DNA of 64,000 nucleotides from Candidatus Omnitrophota bacterium (GTDB lineage Bacteria; Omnitrophota; Gorgyraeia; Gygaellales; Profunditerraquicolaceae): NCBI GenBank assembly GCA_026387475.1, contig JAPLLN010000049.1, positions 16,556 to 80,555 of the forward strand, read 5' to 3'. Shown piece by piece: positions 12,001 to 27,000 of this stretch (position 1 is its first letter; each line of letters starts with the position of its first letter). The notes under the pieces were generated by a model. It saw only the letters and a program-made list of their open reading frames with translations, ran no database searches and was not told where the DNA came from. The position numbers and the translations under genes were made by a program.

Positions 12001-15000
12001 CATACGGCACGCCGGTAGCTTCCACTGCTGCCCTTTGCACTCCCGCTTCAGCCGTATCCCCGAATAAGCCTACGCTACGGATAACCATAATATCCTTGAT
12101 TTCCGGAGCTTCTTTTAATAACGTCAAGGCAGTCGGCCCCAGAAGATGGAAATCGGAGATTACCAGGTCAAACTTCGGCTTGTTTTGATCTTTAATTCGC
12201 GTAACCGCAGTACCAAGGCTTGACGCTTCTTCAAATGTGGCGGTGATCCCGGATGCCTCTAACAGCTTTCTGACCCCCCGGATTGCAAAGTAAGCATCGT
12301 GCGGATTATCATCCACCACTAAAATGAGGACAGGAGAAGAAACAGCCTCCTTACCTATATTATTCGATAAGGAGACTGTTAGTTCTGTAAGTGGGGACGC
12401 TGCCATAGGCGCCTTCAGCCCGCTGTTTGATAAGATCTGCGAGGCCAGAGTCGAGGTCAACCCACTGTTCGCCACTTTGAGCTCGCACGCCACCATCGCG
12501 CCTAATGATGAAATTGTAGGTGTGGCCGCGCTCTTTAGCACATCCAAAGACAGTGCCATCGGAAGCAACAACAACGAAGTGAGTAAACTCAAGGCCAGTG
12601 TAATTTCTGCACATGGTACACCTCCTTGCATCAGTATAGTTGTAAGGAAGGCGAGGACGAGGGTCATTCCCTGGAGGAGGGTCGTCACATCGCCTCCCAT
12701 TACAACTTTAGCCGCGATTGTACCTATAATACCTGCCACGGTAAGAAATAGGCCAATAAGCGGCTGGTTAAAAGTCTTTAATATGGTTGTTACTAATGAA
12801 CCAAATGTAGGTGAGCTTGCAAAGGATAGAGCTTCGCTGCTTGAGGATAATATAGGTAAGGATTGTGATTTTGTTCCAGCTGGCGGATCGAGCCCAGTGG
12901 TGATTTTAACGGGATTTCCGGGTATTGAATTATGAAGGCGATTATTAATTCTACCGCTTAAGCCGGGCTTTTCTACTCCCTGATTAGACGCACCTGTCGC
13001 ACCACCGTTTCCGCTCTTTCCGGAACCTAAATTAAGCCTATTTTGAGTTGCACTCCGGGCACCTCTGGAATTTTGGTTTGCACTTCCAGAACCGACCGGA
13101 ACTACGTTTTCTTGAAGCGTAATTCTAGAACCATCAACTATACTAGATGAAGCCTGTTGCATTGACGCAATTATATCTGTGCTATTTTTCCTCTCTATTT
13201 TACTACCACGACCTGCGGGTGAGGAAACCGCAGCCGCGAGAGTAATACCGCCGGGACCGCGGGCATTGGCAAATCCGCCCACTGTACCAGCAATGTTAAT
13301 CGTCCCGCTTAACGCATTCATTGCTTCAAATCTCGGTAATATTATGGCTGAAGATGCCGTAGCTGCTATTGCACTGCTGCCTAATAATCCCACAACTGAA
13401 CCTACAGTAATTGGCAAGCGCGTAGGGCTTGAAGCCGGCAACACAGGAATAACAGGCCTGGTGGGTTGTTGAGATCCGCCATTGCCTTCACCCGGAACAC
13501 CCTGTCTAGGCCCGTTTCCGCCTGCTTGAGCCTTGAGTAATTTCAGCGCTAATTCTGCTACTTCCTTCATAGGAGAAGAGGCGCCTGATTGTGTATCCAA
13601 ACTAGCATTTGGCTCACCGCTCAAAGAAACAAGCCCGTCTTTATTAAGCAGGAAGGTGTCTTCTGAACGTACGCCTGCTACTAACGGCTCAATTGTAAAT
13701 ATCATCCCCGGCTTAAGTTCTGTTTCATCCGAGAATAAACCTTCGTGACCGGCTAAGCCGGTAAAATGACCCCAACTATATTTATCTAAATAATATTTAT
13801 TACCCGCAAATGCAGCTTTTATTGCTTCTTTAACCTGCCCCACTTGAGGTGCTCTGCCAGCAGCCATCTCTTGATTAATGAAATCTACAGCCGCCTGGCG
13901 CCCTTTCAAAGAAACTTGGTACATGCTTTCATATTTCTGATATAGAGTTTGCTTTGCGTCACCTTGCTTTGGAACAGGCCCTACCCAGAAAGCGCGGGTC
14001 ATATCGTTATTGTACTCGCCTTTCTGCGCTCCAAAGTCAATAACCACTATGTCGCCGGTAAGATCTATAAGATCATCATTAGGCTCAATATCCACATTGA
14101 CACTGCTTGCTTTGTTATTGTCTATCTCAGTGATTATGCGTTCTATATCTTTACTATTAAGAACGGTTACTGTGACTCCGCTGCCGAATCCGACAGCGCT
14201 CGCTCCCTCATTCTGAAGGAGGCCATTTATGTGTTGGGCCGGATCTCCAGAAATAAGCACCTTAATATCTTTCTTGCTCAACGGCTTCCCGGCTTCATGC
14301 GCCAATACCGCCGCCACTGCCGCCTGCATAACTCTTGCCCCTGTTTCGGAAGCGCCTTTTATGCCAGCTACCTGTTCAGGAGATTTTATCATACTAGTTG
14401 CGTCAACGCCCTGCTCGGCCTCTCCGATAGCCTTCTCTCTTTCGTTCTCTTCATAAACCCTGGCCAGTAATCCTAATTCGTCTTGGTTGGCCATATCATT
14501 TAAGGCCTTAACCGCCTTATCAGTATTTAAGCGGGTCTGCATGACCTTATTGGCATAGCCAACATAGCCTCCGGTCAATGCCGTTCTCTCGGTAGCCTGC
14601 AGAGCGAAATCATTTTCAGCTGCCCGGGCAGCAGCAATTAAACTATAGTGCTTGGTGATAACTTCGTTTACGCTTAATTCCTTTATGTTGAACTCAACAT
14701 TCTTAATCTCTTCCCCTGCACGTAACGATTTAATCTTAGCCAATATTCCGGCATACCGCGCCTGTGCTGCAGGTTCGCCTATCTTGGTCGCATCTCCCCT
14801 GATATTGCTAACTCCTATATGGTAAAGTTCGTGAGCGCCTTTACCAAAGTTAAAATGCCCCAAGAGATTGGTTTCCGCTACCAAAGCATCATCCTTAACC
14901 CTGAATGCAAAGTTAGCCAATGCATCTATGCTGACATTATAGCCAATAACACTACCGTCAGCCGCACTTACAGGACTCGCCTGGGCAGTGGTGGTCCGAT

Positions 15001-18000
15001 TATTTGGACCCTTCAGCTGACCAGAAGGAACAATCTTAACGGTGATTGGCTTACCGGCATCCCAATTAGGCCCCATATCTCTGCGTACTACAGCCTTACC
15101 CAGCTCCACTGCTTCACTGGCTATCGCCCTTAATACTGGCTCCAATGCTTTAAATACCCTATAGAAAGGAGAGTTGTTATTAAGAGCCTGTAAATCGGAT
15201 AACGCTTTTGCTAATTCTGCGCTAGGGGCACCTGCTGCTTTAATTCTGTTATTCACGAAGTTAATCGCTTCGCTAAGATTAAATATATCATTATCTCCGC
15301 TAATCAGGCTAGCTATAAAGTCAGGCTGCAGCAATCTCACGAAAGCATCCCTAACCTCTTTATTCATCTTATTATCGGGATCATTCTCAAACTCCTCAAC
15401 CTGGTCGAATTTCAATCCATATTCAAACTCGGGGTTAATCCCTAATTGCCTAAGACCTAAATGCGCATCGCCGCCTAAAACCTTTCCTGCAACTTTTGCA
15501 ACAACAGTATACGGAACTGATTCTCCCGGCAAGCTGGCAAGCATAGGCAGAATTTGCTTAATAGCAGCGGCGAGCTTCTTAACAGTCCTGATGTTTTGAT
15601 CGACGCGCAGGGCGATCTCTTCCGGATGTTCGGCATAATAGATCAAATCAGTCTTCTTTACCGTACCCCTGCTTCCCATAAAAGCGATTAGCGCTTTTGC
15701 GCCTTCTCTTGCAATCGGATTGCCTCCGGAAAGAACGCCGCTTAAGAACTGGGCCCGGGCTAACGGATCGCTGACTAACTGCACATACTCCCATATTGAT
15801 AATTTCTTTAAAGCCCTCGGCCTGGCATATTCAGATAACAGCGAGAATGTCTCTCTGTATATTATTAACTGCAACGGCCCCAGATTAGGAATGACCAACG
15901 GCATCAACTCAACCACAGGCACCTTGACCTTATCCGCAACCTTTTGGAGATCCCTAAGGTTTCCGGCTTTGAAAAGGTTAGTGTCGTAATCCGCGTTTAC
16001 CTTATCCAGCGCCCGCGCCAGGCCCCTGTTACTTCCTACCAGATTACCCTGCACAAATTCCGCAGGAGTAAGCGCGCCAACCTGCAAGGCCCTTAATGAC
16101 CTATCGAAATTATCTCCGGCAAGATTCAATCTTCCGTTAAACGGAGCGACTATGTTTGAAGCCCATAACAACGAATCCACGTTCTGCTGATTGTAATTTG
16201 TAAAGTCAACCTTTCCGGCCTGAACTAATGCTAAAGCGAGCTCAAATGCCTCTCTATCTGAATCTTCCGATTTCTGAGCCACTAAGGAGATTTGATTATT
16301 CGGCTCCGGCATGCCTATAGAAGGCAAAAAGCCATTCAAAGCCTCTCTTGAAACCGTAGGCAGCCTTTGCAAATACTGCATCGTGTGATTTAACCCTCCG
16401 TTGGCAAGGAGGAAATCTCCCTGGAATATTCTTGCCTGCACTTCAGTAGGCAAGCTTCCTAATGCCGCTTGGCGTTCCGGGCTAAGTTCGCTTACCCTTG
16501 CCGGACCGATCTTTGTGCCCGGGACTCCCTTGTCTTGTGCGGCTACGGTATAGCCACCCTTATAAAATGCCGGAGCCATATAAGGATAATCTTCCGGCTT
16601 ATCAAACTTAAAGTCTAAAGTACGCTTAACCTGCTCCGGAGTCTTCTGATGACGGACAGCCTTAGTCTGCGCTTCCTCCACCAATTCAGGATTAGCTTTA
16701 TCAGTATTAAATAAATACTTATCCAATATTCTCTGGGCTTTTTTATTTAAGCTATCATAGTGTTCGGTCCAGAACTTAACTAGCCTCTCTTGCCCGTGAT
16801 TAACCGCATTATTCATTGTGTCTGTGGTTAGCTGTTCAGCTCCTCTTAAATTCTGGAATTGCCATTCAGCATCATCTTTTTGCCAGACTTCATGCGCTTT
16901 CTCAACCTCGCGCCTTATGGAAGAATCAGCCCCGATAATCTCGTTGTTGAATTTATAGGGGCTTTCAAATATTGCGTCCATAGCCTTTTGATAGCGCTCC
17001 CTCTTGGAGGATTCTCTCTGGTTTTCCGCAAACAATACTTCGATGTCCGTCCGGCTATCGACTCCCCTGATTGTTAATTCTCTGTCTATGCTATCGAAAC
17101 CTTTCCCGTTTGCCGGCCTCACGCGCTTTGACATCTGGTCTATTTCTTTGGTTGTACTCTTAGAATCAGCTATTGTCCTCTGAATAGGAGCGTAAGCAGT
17201 GGGAATATCCGCAAAGTCTATGCCGTAAGCGTAAGCGCGTGAAATGAGCACCTTGACCTTAAGCCCGTTTCTGGAATCCAATAAATTTGCGATTTGTTCT
17301 TTAATCGGAAGATCCCCATCCTCCATCTTCTTTGCCTTATTCCAGCTTTCTCCTGGCCTAGCTATGCGATATTCGCCATTCGGTTCAAGGATTATTCTTG
17401 TCCAGCTTGTATCAGCAACAAACGCAACCCTGGTCTCATTCCAATTAGCGTCCTTCTGCGTATCACCAATTACCTCATTCCTCCCCTTGCTTTCCGCTTG
17501 TTGATCGTACCTATTCATTAAATCTTGCGTGGGCATGTTTCCTACAAATACTCTTTCTCTGGCGGTAAGATGTTTTAAGTCCGGTATTAAAGGTTTCCCT
17601 ACTAACTCTACCCCTACCATAGCATCGAGCGTAGCCATATCCTCTGCTGTCTGCGGACCGGATAATAAAAGAGTAGCTTTCAAGCCTAATTTCTGCGCAG
17701 CATTTAACACCTCTTCAGTAGTAATTCTTGCCCCTCTCTCCTGAACCTGTACATCGCTTACCTCTACACCCTTGCCCCAATCCACTCCGGCATCTCTTGA
17801 TTTCTCGGCCAAGATAGCAGCATCTGCTACTGCCTCCATAATATTAGACGTTCTGACGCGATGCGCTTTACCGTTTTCCGGTAAGGGGATTATTGCTCCG
17901 TCATAATCAATAAAATAATCTAACCCACTTATCTTTACCCTCGCGCCTGCGTTAGCTAAAAGCGCTGCGATCTTCTTAAGCCCATCCGGTTTTGTCCTTA

Positions 18001-21000
18001 ATTCAGAGAGAGACTCTACTTTTTCTTCCTGCAGAAATTGCTTCAACAACGCATCATTAATATGCGTTACCCTTAATTCCTGCAGTACCGGCTTGCCATT
18101 ATCTTCTGCTTCAACTAATCTGGTCCTTAACGCGGCATATTCTCCGTTCTCGGTAGCGGTAGACGAACCAAAAAGACTATCCATGAACTTCTGTGCTTTA
18201 TCTCTTAATTTAAATTGGGCCTCTTTATCCTGCTCTTTGACGGCAAATGAGCCTTTACCCGGTTTACTTATCTGCAGAGCCGGTTCTTCCGCCCAGTCAG
18301 TATGGATTAATAAACCATTCTTGGCCAATTTCTGTAGAAGCGTATCCGCAGCAACATCCTTCTCCCTGATGCCTGTCAAATGCTTTAAATCCTCATCTAC
18401 TACAACAACGATTTTCTTACCTTTGATATCTCCCTGTATTCCTTTATCTGTAAATTCAACCCTGCCGATAAGCCTGCCCTTACCCATATTATTTAAGGCC
18501 TTTGATATCAGGCCAAGGGTCTGATTAGCATGCTGATAGCTGCCTTCTAAGATTATCAGCCTCTCTGTATTACCAAGCTTCCCTGCCTCTAATAGCGCCA
18601 GAAACATTACGACAGATGCTGAACTCTTACCTGCGTCTTGTAACTCTTGCAGTGAATAAACCTTTCCATCCGGCGAAAGTGAATACCGCTTCGCAAAATC
18701 TGCTAGATTCCTAGCTAACCTTTGCTGATTCTCATTTTTAAATGGTGCGAATGGATTGCTAGGATCACCCTTACGATATGCTTTACGGAGAGCTTCTTTC
18801 ATAAGCTTCTGGTTTTCGTTTACTGCCTTTTCACCGAATATCTCTGCCGCTCTATCCCTGATAGCCTGATCTACGGTCAGGGTCTTTGCTTTCCTAATCA
18901 CCCCGCCGCCATATTTTACCTCTTCGTTATTCTTGGCCCGAGCAATAAGAAGTAGTGTCGGAAGATTTAACCTTCCCAGAATTTTCTCAACATCCGCCGT
19001 AACCTTTCCCAGCCTATCGGCGTCTGGCTTGGCGCCATTCTCGAAACCAAACATTCTTTCAGCGAATATCGGCTTAGGGAGGCCTTCATTTATAATAGGT
19101 AAGGTGTCTACCGGCTGCTCGACTCTAACTGCCCTCTCCGGCGCATCAGGCTTAGCTGCATCATAAGCATCTCTATGTATCAACGAATCAAGTCTCGCAG
19201 ATAAATTGTTCACTCTGCCTATATCAGTTAATTCCGGGCTTCCGGCAGCTCTATCCAATAAATTTCCTAAACGGGTACGGACGGGTATACGCCCTGCCCA
19301 ACCTATTTCAACTTCCGGCTCTCCCTTATTAGAATCATTAAGAGAAACCGCTTCTTTAACTACATTATTATCAGACCTGCCTAATATCTCACGCGCCGAA
19401 TCTGTCCCGGTGCTTGTAATTTTCGGCGTAGCAATACGTTCAATAGCTTCACCAACAACATTGCTAACATGTCTCATGCCAACTACATTACCATCCCTAT
19501 TAAATATTAATGAATTGGCGCGCGAAACTTCCGTAGGCGCAAGTATGCGGCTTGCATGTGGGAATATTTCTCTTAAACGATTAGCCATATTATCAGCGGC
19601 GCCTTTGCCTTCTCCGGTAGAGCAGCTTTCAAGAACAATAACTCCCCCTTGAGCAAGCCTATCGCTTATTTCTCTAAGCCTGCCTACATTTGAAAGGTTT
19701 AATTCGGAGCTACTGCTAAGCTTCACTGATTCGCTTGTCCCATGCCCGCCTATAACGATTACTTGAGCAGGCCCATCTGCTGTTTCTGCCTTAACTCTAG
19801 CGATTAACGCATCTACACCACCGACTCTGCCAGCGGTTACTGTGTAGCCGTTCCGGGATAATGATTCAGCAAAAGGTGCCGGGCTTCTGAATGCGCCATT
19901 ATGATCTGCTTCTCTGGTAGGATAAACAATAACTGCCCTGCCATTACTTTCTAATTTATAAAGCCAGCGGGAAGGAATGACTCTTTCTAAAGCTGCGACT
20001 GCTCTCTGCCTGAAAGTAAGCGCTGGAGCCGGGGCCTGCGCATTTAAAGTAGCCTGATGTTCAAGAAGGGTTAATTCGCGCCCTCTAAGTACCGGCATCT
20101 GCCAAGTATCTCTAACTCTCTGCTCATATTCTCTACCCAGCGGGCCTTCCCAATGTACTGCGCCGCCAATATCTCCTAGCTGCCCAGGGGTCGCGTTCTC
20201 TAAATTGTAAGTAAGGCGGCCTAATGCCTCTATTATTTCATGATGCACAGTCCATTTTGCATCAGCATCGCCTTTTCTTGCGGCATTATAAACGCCTTCG
20301 GTAATTACGACTAACGGCCTTCCGTTGATATCCAAACCGCCAACTCCGCTATGCTTACCTAATATAAGGGCATCACCTAAAGCTATATAATGATCCACCC
20401 CTTGGGCATCAGTACCAAGATATCTTACCCCTCTTGCGTCTAAATGCGCTTTCAAATCACCCGCGCTTACTTCTCTACCCCTGCCGCCTACACGACCATC
20501 TTTAAAAGTCGGTGTCGTAGGCTTGGCTTCTGTTAACTGCCTGTTTATTTCTTCAACAAACGCTTTAAACTTTGCTGCTTCAGCTTGTTTTTGTTCGCGA
20601 CTTGATGGCCAAATGAAAAATCCATCTGCCTCTTTTTGAAGCTTTTCAGCTTGAGCATTTAATCTAGCTAAAAGTTCCTCGCGTTGCTTGCCTTGCGCTT
20701 TAAGTACAGATTTTAGCACTCTTGTTTGAGCCGCATCAAATATAACTGCCGGGGCTGCTGGCTTCGCTGATGCAGGAGCTGCAGCCGCTGATGCCAAAGT
20801 TTGCCTACCTTGCTTTACTACGCCATCAATCTCTGCTAAAGCGCGGCCAATATTAGGATTCGAAGCAATTTCGGTTCCGTGTTTATCCCTAAAAGCTTTA
20901 ACAGCTGGCTCTACTCTATCAAGGTAAACAGATAGTGTTTCATTGGGCTTACTCTTAGTCGCTTCTGTAAAGATTTCAAAATCCCTGAATAATTCCATGA

Positions 21001-24000
21001 CTCGTATATGTCCATTTATCAACGCATCTACTTTTTCTACGAGACGGATAGTTCCAGGTTCTTTGGACTGTCTAAGCTTACCTACTTCTTGCGCTAACCT
21101 ATTATAGTATGCGATCTTTTCGTCGCGGCTGGCGCCTTCCTGCGGCTTTTGCTCAATTAACGCTTGAAGGGGTTTTAATTCACTTCCGGCTGATGCCAAT
21201 CTACCTCTGGCTTCCGCGATAGCTTCTTGAAACTCTCTTGCTGCCTTAGCAATTTCAGAATCCGGATGCGGGTTGCTTGCTTGAATTATTTTCAGTTGTG
21301 CCTCTACTCTATCCAAAGAGGCAACCAAGACAGACCCACCTTTCGTTTTCATGTCCAAGAAAGCACTCTTAATTTCAACAAAACACGTATTTAATTCCGG
21401 TTTTGCGGCGAGTTCGGAGTCAAGTCGCTCCATATTGATTGGTTCAAGCCCTTTGGGAGCTAAAACAGAAGGATTAGTCACTTTGACTTCGGTCGCAGGC
21501 TTGCCTTCAGCAGGCGCGCGCAATTGCGCAATCGCAGCTTCAATTTCTAGTACTATATACGAATGCGCATCATTTCTATGTGCTTCGGCTGCGCCCTGAA
21601 GCGCTTTTATAGCAGCTTCTGTCGGGTTTTGAGCATCTCCTCTTGCTTCTACAATCGGAGTCCCTCTGTCATCTTTAATGACAACAGAGAATTTTCCATC
21701 ACTAATAACAACAGAAAATTTTCCATCCCTGGCGTTTATTTTTACGCGTGAAGGCTTAGGCGCCTCAACTTCAGGCGCCGGCGCAGGAGCAGCCGGAGCA
21801 GACGCTTCAACTTTAGGCGCAGAAACAGGAGCTGCGGGCTTGGCTTTAGTATTATCAACTACTACTCTTTCTCCCGGCCCGACATCAACTCTTACCTTCT
21901 GCCCAGTTAAATTTGCATCTCCGCGTACCTCAAGGCTTGCGCCCGGCGCGACATTAACCTCGACATTACTATCAATAACGCTGGAGTTCCCCTTACCAGT
22001 AATTTCCCCTTGATTGTTTACTCTCACGGCAGACGGATCAACAAAAGACTTCCCGCCGCTAGCCATACTACCCTGATTATTAATATCTACCGTTGAGGGA
22101 TCATTTAACGGTATGTCTAACCGGCCTCTCGTCGGAAGATTACCTGCTATCCTTACTGTTCCGCCGCCCATACCCGGAGCTGGAGGCGAAGCCTGTAATG
22201 CCGCAGTTTCCCGATAGACATCTAATAACTGCCTCGTATATCCGCGATTTCCATCTTCTGTAACACCAGCCTCATTACGATTCCTGCTTCCATCTGCTTC
22301 TGGCGTAACTCCTGTAAGCCTATTAGCTACTCCAACCAATCCTTCATGATTACCTGTTGCTAAATGCTGTGCGAATTCATTATAAAGCCCTTCTTCTCCC
22401 GGACGAGCCGGACCATAGAAATTCTCAACAACTCTCCGGGCAATTGACGGCGCAGAAACCGGAGATACTACCGGCTGCTCAATCCTAATAGAGCCGTCCT
22501 GGTTAAATACAACCGGACGGCCGCTCAAATCACCTGAAACAGGCTCATTATGCGGGCCGACTGCGGTTACAACTACATCACCGATCTTAACGCCATCAGG
22601 ACCATGCACAGCAACCGTATCCCCAACCTGATATATAGGATTAAGAGCGCCCTTGCTATCAATAGACACTCTCTGGCTGACCCCGGCAGTATTAGTAACT
22701 ACGCCTTCTACGGGTTTACCATCATTACCAAGCCTTGTATATTTAACTTCTCCGGCGGGATTACCCGTGCTATCCCTTAGGGGAACAACACCTCCAACCT
22801 GATAAATAGGACTAAAACTACCATTACCGCTTATAGAAACCCTACTCGTCTCTCCATCGGCATTAGTAAATATCCCTTCTGTAGGCCTGCCGTTATGGTC
22901 GACTTTCGTATACTTAATTTCCCCCGAGCTTTCACCCGTGGCCCTATCTGTTAAAGGTACAACATCCCCTTCTCTCACGTTCCCTCTAGGAGACAAATCA
23001 GGATTATTAACAAAAAATTCCTTGCGCTTTGATTCATTCGGAATAGTAGCTGCCGCCATCTGGCCGACAGCCCTACCCTCTGCTTGAGACAAGGTATCGC
23101 CTCTTGAGACATCTCCCGTCATGGTATAAGGGGCCTTACTGAAGGCGATCATTACATTGGTAGGCATAAGCGCTGCTCCTACTCCCTCCTGGTAAACATT
23201 AAGTATCTTCCCAGCGGTACCAGTTTCGCCTCCACCTGCTTCGCCCTCACCGCGGCCTCTTCCCGTAGCCGCCCTTGCGCCCGGAGCGAGAAGCAGCATA
23301 TTACCTATTGCGTAAGAGATGCTCTCATAAGTCCTCTGGGGAACGATATTACCTTTCCCTGTAGGATCAACCCAATCGCTTATAGTCTGACCCAGTAATC
23401 CGCCCTTGATCTGGTCAGCAAGATAGCCCTGATAAAATCTTCCGGAATCTTTTGCTCCGCCCTCAAGAAAATGCAGACCCGCATCACCTATGGAAGTAGC
23501 GAATGAAATCATAGCAAAGGCATTCTTAGCATTGCCTTGAGCAAAACCTAATCCGGCAAGCGCCATGCTGCCATACCAGCTCTGGCCGGAGGCCCATCCT
23601 TCGGAAGTAAGCTGCGCCACATCGCGGACTGTATTAGGAAGGAAGCTTGCGAAGCCCGGCAAAGATCTTACCATCTGTGCAGGCATGCCTAAAACCCACC
23701 CAGCATACGGTATGCCCTCAACGTAACTGACCTTGTCTGTAAGTGATTTGTTGTATGATTTATGGAAACCTCCGGCAATATTTGAATAAACCTCGCCGCT
23801 CTCTCTATCTCCTATAATATAACTGCCTGCGCTTGCGAATAAAGAAGCGACCGAGCGCGAATAATCCCTCCAAACATTTCCTCCTGAAACATCCGCACCG
23901 CCCTTACCTGATATATAGGCGGCCTTCATCATTTGTCCATCTGTAAAATATTTTAAGTCGGCTACTCCTGAAGCAAGCCCGGATACGGTTAATAACGGCA

Positions 24001-27000
24001 CGCCCCATTTTACTACGTTTACAGCTGTTCTACCCACTGCCCCGCCTGTTCCTATGGTAGCGACTGTAGCTTCCGCACCAGAAAGCGCTGCCTCTATTAC
24101 AGTAACTCCCTGGGTAGTCGTACGTAAAGCGGTATAGATTTTACGTACAAAACCAATACCCGATCCCACTCCTTTAACGATACCGCCGATAGCTAAAGCA
24201 GTATCCAACCCTCCCACTTGTCCTGCCAAGGCACCGGCAAATATCTGCTCCGCATTACCGCCTTTTGCAGCAACTTCAGCTGCTCCTGTCGCACCACCAA
24301 GAGCTATCCAAGTAGTTGTGAGTACCGGCGTTGCTCTGGCAACCGGCCAAAGAGGCGCGAGGAAGAGAAGCTTATAGGCGCCATTCATTCCTGCGAGAAG
24401 AGTCGGCGCCGAAACAGCTAAATCCACAGCCTTTGCAGCAACATCATCTAGGTGCCCAATAGTAAAAATGCTGGCATTCTGGTTTACAAAAGCCAGGGCT
24501 TCTTCATATTTACCCTGTTTCACCAAACCCAAATATTTAGTATAGAGTATCGACTGATCTATGGCCTTGCCCCTAAGCGCAACCGCTTGGTCTTTTGTGC
24601 CACCCGAGATAAGTTTATCGAGAGCATTATATAAAAAGCGAGTGTTCCAGAAATTATCCTGACTAATGTCGAGAGCCGTACTTGAGATAAGCTGTATGTA
24701 TTTATCGGTCTGGGTGGCTATGAAAGAATTGATTGCGATCTTAGCCGAATTGCTGTCAACTACCGCACCCTTATCATCAAGAGCGATTAATTGAGTAGCT
24801 CCGGAAGCATCGACAACGCGGACAACCGTAAAATTCTCTCCCTTTTTATTAGAAACATTAGCAACCGCCTGCACATCGCGGCCATTAAATTGCAAATTCA
24901 GATTACCGTTATCCAGCTTAAGATCTAATCCTTTAGGCGCATAAACGCTTAAAGGCGCATCAGTTAGCGGGGCAGAGGCAGCTGCTTCGGTTACGGCATT
25001 ATTCCAGGTAAGCTTAAACTGAATGGAACCATTAACATTTGCTACTGCCAGTGTGGCTCCCTTATCTTTATTATTTTGATAAGTCTCTAATACACCTATG
25101 AAGGATGCAGTGCTGCGAAGATTGGGATCTTGCGCCATGGCCTCGCTGGCTAATTTGTAGGCATAATCAAAGTTGCCTTTTACCGCAGCATCTTTTGCCT
25201 GTTCGATCTTAACTGCCGCAATAGTATTGAAACCGCTGTATGCACTTTCGTTGCCGATGAAATCACCGAGTCGGACATCGGTTACCTTGCCGTTTAGAAT
25301 AACGGTAACCTTTGAATTTTCATCGTAACCCACCGCTTTATAAGCTGCTAATTTTGCATCTTTATCACCATCATTCTTAACCGTCTGAATAGTCAATTCA
25401 ATGTCCAGCGGGCGCATATGCCCAAACATTAATACAACACCTACAGGATCAAGCCCCAAGGTTTCGCGGATTCTAGCATAACGGTAAGCAGCAATAACGC
25501 AGTTTACTTTCCCCGAATCAGGTTTCTGAAGGTCAACTTTATCGGATAAATCCAAACCAAGGCTGGCTAATACTTGAGATAACTGATGAAGCTGGTTGCG
25601 ATCGATCCCATCGAGGGTAGGCGAATTCTTGATTTTCTCAAGGACGCCGCGGAGACCACCCTGCAGCTGATTCGGCAGGGTATCCATATCCGTTTTCTGC
25701 AAGAAAGCGCGCATGCTTTCAAGATTCATAACGCTTAACCTGTGGAGGGTATTGATGTCTGCTTCGGCAATACGAGCACCTTTAGGGTTAAGAAGGCTCT
25801 CGGTGCCATCCTCAAGCTTTACCTTATAAATACTTCCCAGGGGAGTCTGTAAATGAATACTGCTGGATTCAATATACTTATCCCCGACCTTTCCTGTTAC
25901 CTTATCAAACTTAATATTTCCTTTGTCATCTGTCGTGTAGCGTAAAACAACACCCGAAGACAGATCCTGCCTGAAATCAGTAAAAGAAGCGACTTTCTGT
26001 TTACCATTATTATCAACAGTAAACTTGTATTCGCCGAATACCGGAGTAAGCAGGGTGCCGTCGTTGAGCCTTAGCTGAGTAGCGATAACATTGACCGGCT
26101 TACCGTCGGTCGAGAATAACCCCAACCCAGTCTTAGCGTCATTTTTAAACTCTACATTATTGCTATAGACCCTCTGGCTATTATTTATCCAAACCGGATT
26201 TTCGTTAAATTTGTGGCGAGCACCTTCTGACCAAAGAGGAACAGTGTTAATAGAATTAATCTCGCCTGTTTTCGGATCAACGCCGAACCCTAACATGCCT
26301 ATGCCTCTGGATAAGGTAGCCTTACTAGTCCTCTCCCAATATTGATAAGCCGGCATATCATTTAATATTACAGAGCCTTGCTCAACACTAATTACCCCTC
26401 CTTTATTTCCGCCTTCACTTGAAAGACCATTAGCGAACGAGAAAACATCTCCTGCGATTTTTAATGTCGGAAGGGCATCATTACCCTGCTTGTATTCGCC
26501 ATAACCATAAATACGCGCTTCTGCTGTTCTATAATCACCGATAGGCGTGTATTCATTTTTATTATTAAGATTAAAATGTCCGGTCCAGCTATAGTACCTG
26601 CCTTCAATTTCGCTATTTTTATAGTTAATCCCCCAATCGATTACAGGTAAGCCGGCCTTGTCAAGAACCAGCTTGCCTGTCTTTGCGTCAACAGCTAAAA
26701 CAGGTTTACCATTAGCCCCTAATTTAACTTCATACAAATCCTGGGTAAAATCAATGAGGGCTTTACCGTGCACACCAACTTTTCTAGAGTCGCTAAATGA
26801 ATCCGGAATTATTTTCCAGCTAAGTTCAGCTGTGCGCGGTTTCGGATTTGTAACTACTGCTTGAATATGCTCGCCATTCTCCGGCCTGACACCAAAACGC
26901 TGCCTGGATTCAATCGTAAATATCCCGTTTCCTACGGTAGTGATTATGCCGTCGGCAGTGCGGGAGAGCGCTATAAGATTACGGTTGTCTACACCCTGAA

